From contig JAIVFI010000030.1 of NCBI GenBank assembly GCA_025558095.1, forward strand, positions 496,001 to 560,000: 64,000 bases of DNA, written 5' to 3'. This document shows, piece by piece, positions 23,333 to 34,193 of this stretch. This stretch comes from Hyaloraphidium curvatum SAG 235-1 (lineage: Eukaryota > Fungi > Monoblepharomycota). Each line of letters starts with the position of its first letter. Within the stretch, counting starts at the first letter, position 1. The notes under the pieces were generated by a model. The model saw only the letters and a program-made list of their open reading frames with translations. It did not search any database and was not told the DNA's origin. Position numbers and translations under genes: made by a program.

Positions 23333-24705
23333 CTACCACGCCTTGATCGGCCCCCCGGCCTCCTTCTCCTTCTTCGCGTGCTCGATCAGCTTCGTCCGGA
23401 CTGAGTTCTGGTCTGCAATCCGGAAAGAGGTGAGAAGGCGACCGGAGGAAGATGGAAGGCGGCCCACAGTAGATGAGCGAGTTCTCCTTCTTGGGATGCA
23501 GGCAGCCCTGGCTGTAGACGCCGGCCTGAAGGTTCCGATGCGTGAAACTAGCCAAGAAGAAATCTTCAATGTCGACCCTGCGGGACGAAAGAGATGGGCG
23601 CAAGCCAATCATCCATGCCCGCGGTCGAACCCACTCGTAGAAGAACTTGATGAACTCGTCGAACTCCTCCTTCGTCGTGTGCTTGGCGACGAAGACCTCG
23701 GCGTGGAGCACGGTCTCGTTGGCCGTGACGGGGGTCCACCGGAGGGTCGTGATCACGTTGCCGACGACGTTCAGGCCCACGTTCGGTTGGACTGGCGACA
23801 AGTGCAGGATTAGAAAGGAGGAGAGCCGAGGAAGAGCATGGGCCACCGTAGACAAAGATCCCCGGTGCGTCGGTGGCGAACTCCGCCCCCTGCTTCTCGG
23901 CCTTGCTCGGCAGCGTCTCCATGAACGCGTGCGGCACCTTGTATATCCTCTCGTACAGCTCGAGGATGTCGGCGGGGATCCGATCCGGCAGCTCGGCCTT
24001 GAACGCGGGCTGCTTGCCTGCGTTCTGGTCGCGGTACGAGACGTTGTGGATCGAGTAGCCGTTGCCGTTGGTGATGTCGTACGTGGGGATGTCGTACACG
24101 CGGGAGAAGCCCGGGTGGCCCGTGGGGCAGTGGTAGCCTGGGTGGGCGATCGGATGAGTGACGACGCAGGCGGCTACGCAGAGCACGGGCCAACATTCGG
24201 AGAAGTTGTCGGTGAAGACTTTCCAGTTGAATTTTCCGGGGATCGCAGCCTGGTAGGCCACCATGTAGTCCTTCGGCTCGAACGGAAACGACGCCATGTA
24301 CTCGGTCAAGCCGGCGTGCTCCTCGTCGAACGACTTGCCCTCGAGCGCCGGGCAGACAAACACAAAGGCCCGCGCCAGGACGTGCACCTTCGTCTCCCGT
24401 GCCGCGAATCCGGGAGTGCCGTCGGACAGCAGCACCGCCGAGAACCCGTCCCCCTTCTTGGACACCCGGAAGGTGAAGCCGGCGATGGTGTCCACGACCT
24501 CGTCCCCGTCCGCTGCGTACCGGAGCGCCGACGAGTGGTACAGCCAGCTGCGGCCGAACACGGCGCGCCGCTCCAGCTCGTACACGGGGTCCGCGGTGAA
24601 CCACGAGGCGGGCAGCGTGAAGCCGACGCTGGCCGGCTGCTTGTGGTCGTAGCCGGGCGGGAAGGTGCCCCATTTCGGGGCCGCCGGCGCGTCGACGGAC
24701 AGCAT
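23333..24705 (-). CDS. Choline monooxygenase-like ring-hydroxylating oxygenase alpha homologue lacking Rieske cluster motifs
   Basis: TLPASWF..YELERRAVF; NWKVFTDNFSEC/YHCPTGHP; IEDFFLA..NLQAGVYSQGCLHP..E; about 4 introns. Confidence 0.8.
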
Positions 24706-25043
24706 CGCGGCGACGCCGGGACGGTGCTGGCGGAGCAGAGCTCGAGAGAATGGGAACGCTCGCCGCGCAGAAAACTCGGCGGCGGAGAAGAGGCGCCCGT
24801 TCGTAGGCGCGAGATACGGGCTGTGGCAAGTGGGTCCGTCCGATCAATCGGATGCCTCCCACGGGAACATCGCAGCATTGGGCCCGATCGGGTCATCAGG
24901 GCCTCGAGAGCGTCTTCATGGAGAGCCAAGCAAACATTTCTGAACTTCCAGGACGCGGGCTAGCTTGGGGACGGATGAGTGGAGTCCACTCGCGTGATCG
25001 GTGCACACACGTGCCGCAGCGCATTCCTCGCGTCGAGTGGAAC

Positions 25044-26123
25044 ATGGCGTCCGACGAGGTCATCGTTGGCGAGTCCGCACTTCCCGAGGCTTCAACGTCT
25101 GCCGGGAGCGCGCCGACGGCGCCCGCGCAGAGCTGGCCGGGGCTGCTGTCCGACACGCCTGTTCTGGACGCGCTCCTGCCGGTGCTATCCCCGGACGCAA
25201 TCTTCCGCCTCGGGGCAACGTGCCGCGCCCTGTACAATCCCGTCAAATCGTATGCAGTCCGCACTTTCAACGGGGATGGGCTGCTCGGGCGCTTCTTCGA
25301 CGACGTCGCGGGGTTCCGAGCTGTCTTGGCGCGAACGGGCGCCATCGTTTCCGGATCGACCGCACTCCAGGTTCTTGACCGCGTTCGTTACAAGGAGTCC
25401 GATCTGGACGTCTACGTGCTGCCTCCGTACGCCCGGGAGCTCTGCGATTGGATCCTGGGGCAGGGCTACTACGTCGAAATGATGTGGGCGCGCCCAGATG
25501 CCCCACTCGAGGTCCAAGTCTCGCTCCTCTACAACCAGCTCGACGATCTGGTGGAGGACTGGCGGCGCGGGGACCGGCGGCCGGAGTTCAGCGTCGACGT
25601 GCTCCTGGACTACGAGCACGGCATCAGGGTCTTCACGTTCACGAAGGAGGGCGCACGCGTGCAGGTCATCGTCAGCAATTGCGACGTCTTTGCTTCGGTG
25701 CTGAACTTTCACAGCACGGTGGTGCTCAACATCCTCACCCACCGCGCGGTGTACTCGCTCTACCCTTTGTTCACGTTCCGCGACCGACAGTCGCTGATCC
25801 TGCACAGAGTGGGCGAGAGCCTGCGGGATCCCCGCATCCGGGACGTCATCACCAAGTACCGCGGCCGCGGGTTCGTCTTTGTCACCTCCGCCGGCCAATC
25901 CGGCCCGCTCCTCGTCGGCCCCCGCACGGTCGGTGACGCGCGGACCTGGACGGCGCCGCAGCCCATGGCCGAACTGGAGCGGCTGCTGCGCCGGGACGGC
26001 ATCGCAGAGGTACCCCCCGACGCCATCGCGGGCCGGCGGTGGGAGCTCGTCCCTTCGCGGAACCGACCGATGCTGTCGGCGCGCGTCCTGGACGGGGAGA
26101 GCTTCGAGGTCGAGCACGAGTAG
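25044..26123 (+). CDS. Hypothetical protein: F-box-like N-terminus plus nucleotidyltransferase-like GS/DxD motifs
   Basis: GAIVSGSTALQ..ESDLDVYV..VQVIV..NFHSTVVLN..YSLYP..KYRGRGF. Confidence 0.65.
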   Translation: MASDEVIVGESALPEASTSAGSAPTAPAQSWPGLLSDTPVLDALLPVLSPDAIFRLGATCRALYNPVKSYAVRTFNGDGLLGRFFDDVAGFRAVLARTGAIVSGSTALQVLDRVRYKESDLDVYVLPPYARELCDWILGQGYYVEMMWARPDAPLEVQVSLLYNQLDDLVEDWRRGDRRPEFSVDVLLDYEHGIRVFTFTKEGARVQVIVSNCDVFASVLNFHSTVVLNILTHRAVYSLYPLFTFRDRQSLILHRVGESLRDPRIRDVITKYRGRGFVFVTSAGQSGPLLVGPRTVGDARTWTAPQPMAELERLLRRDGIAEVPPDAIAGRRWELVPSRNRPMLSARVLDGESFEVEHE

Positions 26124-26163
26124 GACTGCTTGTAGTCCATTATCACGCTTCTATGTTCGACCT

Positions 26164-26508
26164 TCAGCTCCCTTTCTGCGCCTCTGCGCTCGCCCGCATG
26201 GCCACGCAGGAGCCCTTGTGATTCCTCCAGTCGGCCTTTTGGCACCGAGGGCTGCAGTAGAGCGCTTCGTGACAACCGCCGCACCTCTTGAATTCGGCCA
26301 AGTCGGCGGAAGCGCGCAAGCAGCCCAGGCAGACGTAGATGTCCTTCGGCTCCTTTGTGACGTCCGTCGGATCCCGAACGGTGACCAGCTTCTCCGCAGC
26401 GCGATAGCGGGCTTCCGAATCGCACACGAACATGTATCGAACGTAGAAGCCCTGCGCCGGATAACCAAGCACGTAGACCAGAGACACGAAGCCGGATTTC
26501 GCAGTCAT
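26164..26508 (-). CDS. Small MYND zinc-finger protein
   Basis: CLGC..CGGCHEALYCSPRCQKADWRNHKGSC. Confidence 0.7.
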   Translation of the reverse strand: MTAKSGFVSLVYVLGYPAQGFYVRYMFVCDSEARYRAAEKLVTVRDPTDVTKEPKDIYVCLGCLRASADLAEFKRCGGCHEALYCSPRCQKADWRNHKGSCVAMRASAEAQKGS

Positions 26509-26587
26509 GGGTGGGGGAGAGTCGACACGCGGGGAAAAGCAGCGACGACCCCACATTCACCACTCCAGTTTTTGCGTCGGGTTCCGA

Positions 26588-27629
26588 CTAGCAGCACTTG
26601 GCCTTGTGCGTCGGCCAGTGCGCCTTCTGGCAGTTGCCGCTGCTGCTCGCAGACGGACCGGGCGATCAGCGGTCGATCCCGTGGCTATCGACAAGTCGAA
26701 ACCCACCAGTACCACGCGTTCTTGCACCTCGAGCACTGCTTCATCAGCTTCTCCCCTCCCTTGTCCTTCTCGGCGCATCCGGGGAAGGAGCACTGGATGC
26801 CGCCGGCGTCGATCCCGCAGCACGGGCACGCTGCGGGGCCAGCCGAGGCGATCTGCCGCGCGGCGGCTCTGTTCCCGGCCTTGCGGCAAGCTGACGACGC
26901 GCAGGTGGGCACGACGAGGAAGTGCAGGTCGACGAAGCCGCCGGACGCGGGGGCGATCGGGGTGATTGTGCAGAGGAGCGCGGTGGCGGGGGAGAAGCGT
27001 CCGATGCACGGGAGGCCGAGCTTGCCGAGGATCTCGTCGTCGACGAGCGGCCGGGCCAGCCTCCGCGCGAGCGCCTCTGCCGCTGCCGGCGTTGCGCCCT
27101 GCGAGATCAGGCGGTCGTCGATGGGGAGCTCCGCGGCCAGGATGCGGGGGCCGCCGTCCGCCTTGTCCCCCGTGGAAACGCGGATCCCGAAAGGCATGGA
27201 GTAGACGTGCGGAGGAGGCATCTCTTCCAGGGAGAGCTTGGGCAGGAGCACGTTGCTGAAGGCGTTGGCGAGCTCGGCGGCGCGGGCCTCGCACGACGGC
27301 CGGACGGCCTTGGCGCAGGTCGGCCAGACGAAGCTGTACAGCTCTCCGTCGGCGGCGTCCAGCGTGGCCACGAACTCGCGGGTGCCCGCGCTGCCGTCGC
27401 CGCACGCTGCGCAGAGGCGCTGCGCCGGCGGCCACGAGCTGAGGAGGTCGCTCTGGAGCCACCCGCGCACACCGTGAATCTGGGCGAGCACCGCCAGCTC
27501 CGCGGGGCCGGTCTCCTCGGACCGCTTGGAGCGCGCGACAGCCAGCGCGGCGGGTGGCAGGTCGGCGTCGGCGGTCGCGGGGAGCTACGCGTCGCGGGTG
27601 CGGTTGGCGAGCCAGATCGTGTATATCAT
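26588..27629 (-). pseudogene. RDxW-family Cys-rich MYND protein with in-frame TAG at codon 15
   Basis: MIYTIWLANRTRDA*; TAG at 27585-27587 where paralogues have Trp; spliced MYND CSRCKNAWYC/SGNCQKAHWPTHK. Confidence 0.7.
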
Positions 27630-27771
27630 TTTGCGATATTTGGAATGGGGCGGAAGGTGCTGGGAAGGCTTCGGAGTGGGGCGACTGGAATGGTGGGCTT
27701 CTGAAAGTGTCGGAGCCTGCGCTCGACGGATCTCCAGTTCCAATGACAAAAGGGACACTACAACAGGGAGG

Positions 27772-28900
27772 CTACGGCTTCGCAGCCTTTTTGCACTCGA
27801 TCTTGTGTTCGGGCCAGTGCGATTTCTGGCAGTCTGCGCTGCTGCTCGGATCCAGGTCGGGGCAACGACAATGAGTCACTCTAAGAGGCGTCGTCGGGCG
27901 GAGGCAGATCTCACCAGTACCAAGCCGCCTTGCACCTTGCGCATCTCTTCGTCGCCTTATCTGCTCCTCCACCTTCGCCCCGTCCAGCCATTCTGCTGCG
28001 TTCGAGAACGCAGCCGGGATACGAACAGAGCATGGAGGCGGGCCGGCACAATCCCCCGCACCTATCGCAGGTCGTCTCCTACACCGATTCCGTTTTGCGC
28101 TTGACGTCCCGGAGCGCCGACTTGCTGCAGGCTGCAGCGGAGCAGACGGCCAAGAAGTGGAAGCGGAAATCGGCGAAGCGGCCGCCCGAGGGCACCAGGA
28201 GGGTTGTCGTCGCGGCAAGCTTGGTGGCAGGGGCACCGCACATCCCACATGCGGCCCCATCACTTCTGACCACCTCACTGTCGATCATCTCGCGTGCCAT
28301 CTTTTCGGCGAGGCTCCACGCCGTCGAGCGGGAGGAGCCGTGCGCGATGACGACGTCCAGCGGCAGCCGCATGACCCGCGGCGGGGGCCCGCACCGGATC
28401 GGCATGTCGTCCTCTCCCACGGGCTGCGCGTAGATGCCGAACAGGATCGAGAACACGCTCGGGGACGGCAGGGCCTGCGCCCGGACCGATTCTATCACCG
28501 ACAGGCGGAACGCGTCGGCGAGCTCCTCGACACGGGCCCGGCACGAGGCACGGTCCAGGCAGACAGGCCAGGAGAAATGGATCGGCAGGCTCCCGCCGCT
28601 GACCTCGACGTCGTGGTACGCGGTTTTGGTCGCCCACAGGACGAACCGGCCGCGCCCCCGGCCGCCCCGGAGCCCCCCGATGCGAGAGCGGCACGCGACG
28701 CACACCCGTTCCGAAGGCAGCAGCGACGCCAGGGCGAGTTCTTCCAGCTCGCTCGCGGCGTCCGCGATCCGGGCCTCGCGGGCGGCCCCCGCGACGGAGC
28801 CCGGGGGCGCCACGTCAGCTGGGGGAACGGCGACCTCGGCCGGCGGCGGCGTCACCCAGGCGTCGCGGGCGGCACTGGCAAAGTGGAGAACGAGTAGCAT
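27772..28900 (-). pseudogene. RDxW-family Cys-rich MYND protein with in-frame TAG
   Basis: TAG at 28079-28081, then in frame TCDRCG..CSYPGC..CARCKAAWYC/SADCQKSHWPEHKIEC. Confidence 0.7.
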
Positions 28901-29038
28901 TGTCCGATTGATCGACGGTTGGCGGAGCAGTCCGCGTGGGAGTTGGGCGTTTCAATAGGAAGCAGACTAAGGACAACGACCAGGAAGCCGCCCAGAACCT
29001 GACTAGTCCAAAATCGTCCCTTCCTTCGAAAGACAAGT

Positions 29039-29875
29039 CTATCGCTGCTCCCGCAAGTCTTTGATCTCCCCAGAAAGAACGCCGATCATACCCCTCAGCT
29101 CCTCGAAACGCTGCTCATGCAACTCCCTCAGTTGGTTGAACCTCTGCTCACTCGCCGCCTTCTCGTCGGTATGCGACTTCTCCAAGCGCTCGACGACCTC
29201 CCGGAGCCCACTGAACTCCTCCCGGAGCCCACTGAACTCCTCCCGGAGCCCAATGAACTCCTCCCGCAGCTCGCCGACCATCATGGCGTTCGCGTCCATG
29301 CGCCGCTCCATCCGGGTCACCTAGTTGGAAGAGCAAATGAATCCCCTTGCAATGGCGTGAGCTGCTGAAACTCACCCGCTCCCGGACGGAGTTGTCCACC
29401 ACGCCTCCAGCGGCGTTCACGTTGGTGTCAGCGCTGCTGGCGGCCGACTCCTGCGGTGACCCTCCCCCTCCGACTTGCGCGAGGGGAAGCCCGACGTCGT
29501 CGGCTGCGGGCCTGATGAGCGCAGCCCGTTCAGAAGCGCGGCAACGCCCACCGAAATGAACTGGTTGGACGTGGACGCCGCCGGGGTTCGCCGTCCCCGT
29601 GGTCGCGCCCGCTCCCTGCTGCCCCCCACCCTCGGGGACAACGTCCGGGTACTCGGGCGCGAGGGGAATCTCCTGGAGAGCCGTAATTTGTCAGTGCCTT
29701 CCCGGAGGGGGGGTGGCGCAGGCGCTTGCCTCCGACATGGGTGTCTTGATGTGCGGAAAGGGGGGATGAGCTGGCGTTCGTTGGGAGAGAGCGCGAAACC
29801 GGCGTCCCGCGTGCTCACCAACGCAAGCCACCCTGCTACGCCGACGGCTTCGTTGACCACGGATGTCGAGGACAT
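29039..29875 (-). CDS. Hypothetical coiled-coil protein, multi-exon, 5' end tentative
   Basis: LREEFSG heptads; GTGAGT...AACTAG intron before the last exon. Confidence 0.45.
29197..29268. repeat. 21-bp coding tandem repeat (~3.5 copies)
   Basis: cctcccggagcccactgaact units encoding LREEFSG on the minus strand. Confidence 0.9.
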
Positions 29876-30479
29876 GACGGCCTTGCAAGGACGTGAGGGA
29901 CTAATGGCTCGCTGCGAGGGATCGCGACGCCGCGACGCCGCAGCCGAAAAGGGACAAACGGGTAAAGGGACCCCGGGCACCGCACGAACGCGAACACTCC
30001 CCTACCAAAACGCTACAAAAAAGTACAACTTCGCCGTCCTTTTGCGCTCGGGTGCGCGCTGCTCCTCGGATTTCGGTGGAGGACGTCCATGAGTCTGGGG
30101 GACGCGACCGACACCGCCACGCGGAGGTCCCGGCCTCCCATTGCACCTCCCGCACCTTTCATCGCCGTAATCATGGGTGCCTTCCGGCGCCCAGGACCTG
30201 GGAGCAGGCTCGAGTTCTTGGCCAGCGGGAGAAGGATATGGTGGCGATGATGGCGTGCCACGCGGGGACAGCCGGGGTGAACGACCGACGTGCACAATAT
30301 GAGCTTTATTACAACCGTAGGAACAAAGGGAACAAGAAGCTCCCCTCACAATGCCAAACGCTCCAATGGTGCTTGCATCCGCGCCTGCCCATTCGAGTTG
30401 TGCGTGGCAAGCCTTCGAAAGACAATGCTTCAGTGCGGCAGAACTGCAGCCGTACCAGTGCAGTATGCAAGACGTAGAC

Positions 30480-31370
30480 TCACGCCCCCCGAGCCCGTCC
30501 CCGGTGCTGCCCCGGAGCACGCCGCACGGGCCCGGCCGACCGTGTCTCGGCGAGCGGCAGCCTCGCCCCCGCCCTCTTTTCCCCCGAGGGCAAGAACTCC
30601 AGCCTCCCCCTGACCCACCCGAGCGCGCGCTCCCGGCACTTCCCGGCCATGCAGGTGGGCGCCGCGTAGAGCTCGAAGTCGCAGAACCGCCCGCCCCACG
30701 GCCTCAACCACGACGGCGCGGCGAGGATCCTGGCCGCGGGGTGGCCGCACGTGATGCAGTTGCGCGGGCGCCGGCGGATGACCTCGTCTTCGACGGCCGT
30801 GCGGGCGGCGTCGAAGGCCATCCGGGTCGCCGCGGCGCGGTCCATCTCCCCCTCGGCGAGCTTGTCAACGGAGAGGTCCATGGTGCGGTCGGGTCCCAGG
30901 TCGCCGACGGTGCGATCGACCCACTCCTCGCCGGCGACGCGCGGGTAGACGCCGAACTGCACCGAGAACACCTTCTGCGGGGGCATGCCCTCGAACATGC
31001 ACCGCACCACGAGCCTCTCGAACACCCGTGCCAGCTCTGCGGCCCGCTTCTCGCACCCGGGCTTCCCGGAGCAGGCCGGCCACGCGTAGCTGATCTCGTT
31101 GCCGCCGCCGACCTCCTCGGGCAGCGCGACGGTGGCGCATGCCCACTCGGCGTGGCCGCCCGAGGGCAGCTGTCCGAGCGGCGCGCGGCAGGCTACGCAG
31201 ACCCGCTCGGCGGGGTCGAGCGCGAGCAGCGCGGTTTGCTGCAGCCCCCGAACGGCGCCGTCGATCTCGTTCTCGGCGGGGGTGCGGGCCCCGCGCCGCG
31301 CGGCGACCTCGGCCGACGCCGAAACCCACCCATCGCGGACCGCGCAGGCGAGTAGCACCGTGATGCGCAT
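30480..31370 (-). CDS. RDxW-family Cys-rich protein, third paralogue; no MYND seen, 3' end uncertain
   Basis: RDGWVS, ERVCVACR, YAWPAC..C, VFSVQFGVY, CITCGHPA, GGRFCDF..PTC..C align with 27772-28900. Confidence 0.7.
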   Translation of the reverse strand: MRITVLLACAVRDGWVSASAEVAARRGARTPAENEIDGAVRGLQQTALLALDPAERVCVACRAPLGQLPSGGHAEWACATVALPEEVGGGNEISYAWPACSGKPGCEKRAAELARVFERLVVRCMFEGMPPQKVFSVQFGVYPRVAGEEWVDRTVGDLGPDRTMDLSVDKLAEGEMDRAAATRMAFDAARTAVEDEVIRRRPRNCITCGHPAARILAAPSWLRPWGGRFCDFELYAAPTCMAGKCRERALGWVRGRLEFLPSGEKRAGARLPLAETRSAGPVRRAPGQHRGRARGA

Positions 31371-31432
31371 CTGGCTCGCTGGGTGCGGGCGCTGGTGGGC
31401 CGCTGGGAGGGGCGATGGCGGCGGGACCGGCG

Positions 31433-32800
31433 TCACGATTGTCGCGATGGACGCAGTTCGCTCCGGATTCCCCCACATCGGGGTCCTCCGATCCCGCGAT
31501 CCCCACCGGCCCCACGCGTCCCGGTCGTGCTTTCCGAGACGGACCGGCGCGGACCGGCGATCGGATCCAGGGTTGGACCAAGGTCGTGGCGCCAGCCGTG
31601 CCAGTTGCTTGCAAAGACATCAACCACTCCGATCAGTACACCTCCGGCGCCCGGACCTCCGGCCCCCGCCCCCGAGCTCGGCCGCGCACCACCCCGGGGG
31701 GTTTCCGCGCGCGGCGTCATGGGGGGCTCCACGGGCCTCGCGGTCCGCCGCCTTCCACCGATCCGGCTACCGCGCAGGGGACGGGCGGGAACACGCGTCC
31801 CTTGCGACGTTGCGCATGACGGGCAATACCGCGCCTTCGAGCGGGGTGGGCGCGCCGACCGGGATCTCCCTTTGCGCGCCGACGGGGTCAGCATTCCCGC
31901 TCCCGACCGCGCGGCCGGGGCGACGACCCACGGGTGCGAAAACTCGGGCGACGAGTTCCAGCCGACCACCAGCGCGCCGCCCATCGTCGCCTGCTCCCGC
32001 GAGAGGTCGCCCCCGTGGCGGGCGGAGGCGTCGGCGGCGCGGGCGTCCAGGGCGGGGTCGGAGGGCGGTGCGAGCTTGCGGAGGGTGCCGTCGCCGACGG
32101 CGCGGAAGAATGCTGCGGGGTTGTGGGAGCCGGGGTTAGTAGCGGGAGGGAAGGGGTGGGAGGGGACGGACCGAGGTCGAGGTCGAGGAAGACGTCCGCG
32201 CCCCAGGCGTCCGCGAAGCCGTCCAGCCCGTCCTCGTCGGCGACGATTGCCTGCACATCATCGGAAGGCGAGTCAGACCCGGATTTCGGCGGGAGGGAAC
32301 GGCAGGTACCCACCACCACGCGGAACCCCAGCTCCTCCATCTCGCCCCTCCGCTCGGCCTGCCAAACAGTAAGCCCCCATTTCCTCCGTCCAGAGGTCGA
32401 TTCCACCCACCCAGCGCGCCGCGTCCTCCCTGCACAAGCAGCACCTGCCGCCGCCGTCAGCCCCGCGGAGTGTCTCCCTCCGGCGCACCCACCCCGCCCG
32501 GCGCACCACCAGCGCGCCCACCGGCCCCGCCGCGCACAGCTCCCCCGCGGTCGCGGACGCCTCCCCGCGCCCCCGCAGGAGGCGCAGCCGGCCCGGCCGG
32601 TCGGGGACCAGGCCGCGCTTCAGCGGGGGCCAGCGGAGGAGGCGCGGGTCGACTCAGACCATCGGGGGAGGAGAGGGGGGAAGGGGAAGAAGGAAGTGGT
32701 TTGCGAGGGGAAAGGAGGCGGGGAGGGTTCCCTGCGCCCGGGAAGACGGTCGGTGTGGGGGGGTTGCTTACGGAGCAGCGGGCCGGCGTCGTTGCCACAT
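31433..32800 (-). CDS. Possible multi-exon hypothetical gene, boundaries uncertain
   Basis: Protein-like segments (DVQAIVADEDGLDGFADAWGADVFLDL; AFFRAVGDGTL..VGWNSSPEFSHPWVV) separated by intron-like gaps. Confidence 0.3.
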
Positions 32801-33138
32801 CCCGCCAGCTGGCCTGCCCAAGGCAATCCAACCTCCACCGCCCTCCGTATTGCCCGAATTGACTTCCGAGGCCGGCGCTTTGGCGGCGGTTGGTGGGAGG
32901 CCCAGGGACCGAGCCCGGCCGATCCAACCCCACCGCGTTGCCCGCGGCTCGACCGAAACGCCGAGCGAGGCGATCCCGCGGGTGGCAATGCGTTGAGAAT
33001 GACGAATGCTTCTCCGGCGCTGCGACTGATGTCCCGGTCCGATCGATCGGCCTGCCGGATACACGCCTCGCCCGCGGGCCATCCGTCACTCACGCGCCCC
33101 CAACCCCGTTCAGAGTCACCTCCCCCCTCCTCTCCGCC

Positions 33139-33840
33139 ATGTTCCGCCCGCTGCTCCCGCTCCTCCGCCCTCTGCGCGCCCCGCCCGCCGCCCTCCGCGC
33201 CGTCCCCTTCCGCCCGCTCTCCGCCACCGCGCGCCTCCTCGCGCGCCCGCGCGGCGCGCAGCTCGCCGCGCTGCGCACGCTGGACCTCGCCGCGGACCCC
33301 GACACGCTCATACTGGCGCTGTCGGACGCCCCGCGGGACATGGACCGCGACGCGTTCGCCGGCTTCGCGGCGGCGGTGGGGGTCAAGGACGCCGCGCGCG
33401 CCGCCGCGCTGTTCCAGGTCCCCTCTCGCTACCTCCCCCCAACCGTTGCGTTCTAACGCGTTGCATCGGCAGATATTCGACGCCGACCGCTCCGGCCGCG
33501 TGTCGCGGGCCGAGCTCGGCGCGGGGCTGTCGGCGGTGATGCACGCCGGGCCGGCGGAGCGGAGGCGGGCGGTGTTCCGCTCGTGGGACCTGGACGGGAA
33601 CGGGAAGCTGAGCTTGGAGGAATTCGAGGAGGTGCGTGGCCGGCCGGGTGCCTGCCCGGTGCCGGGGGTTCGGGTGGGACTGATCCGTCGCCCGTGGGGC
33701 AGGCGCTCGCGTTCCTGGACCCCGACGCGGACCCTGCCAAGGCGAGCCAGCAGCACGGGGAGCTCTTTGCGTCGCTGGACACGGACGGCGACGGGATGGT
33801 GGACCTGGCAGAGTTCGAGCGCGGGGTGGCGGGCAGGTGA
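33139..33840 (+). CDS. EF-hand Ca2+-binding protein (NCS/calcineurin B-like) with mitochondrial-type presequence
   Basis: Loops DADRSGRVSRAE, DLDGNGKLSLEE, DTDGDGMVDLAE; 2 introns. Confidence 0.85.
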
Positions 33841-34193
33841 TCCCGCCCTGGGGCGGGGAGCAGCCGGCCAGTCGGCGATCGCGGATACAGACTGCCGGAG
33901 AGGTGACGATGGAGACGAGCGGGGGCGGTGATCGCGCCGGAGAGGCCGCTGGGCGGCGGGCATCACCGTCGTTCCCGTGGAAGAGCTTCGGCCGGACTAA
34001 GGGGCGGGCGATCCCGCCATAGAATCCCGCATCGGACCCATGCCTGTTCCATTCTTCCTCTATGTTTTGGATTGCGCCCTTTTGCCCGGACGCCTCCTGC
34101 GGCCCAGGGCAGCTCAGGGACGCCGCACCCTTACCCCCCGCCCTTGGACCCTCGCCGTCTCCCGCACCCCCAACGCCCGCGAATCCCGCCGCA

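Noticed and set aside
29197-29268. Short repeats as a CRISPR array
   Set aside because: No spacers; coding heptad repeat; eukaryotic context; no cas genes
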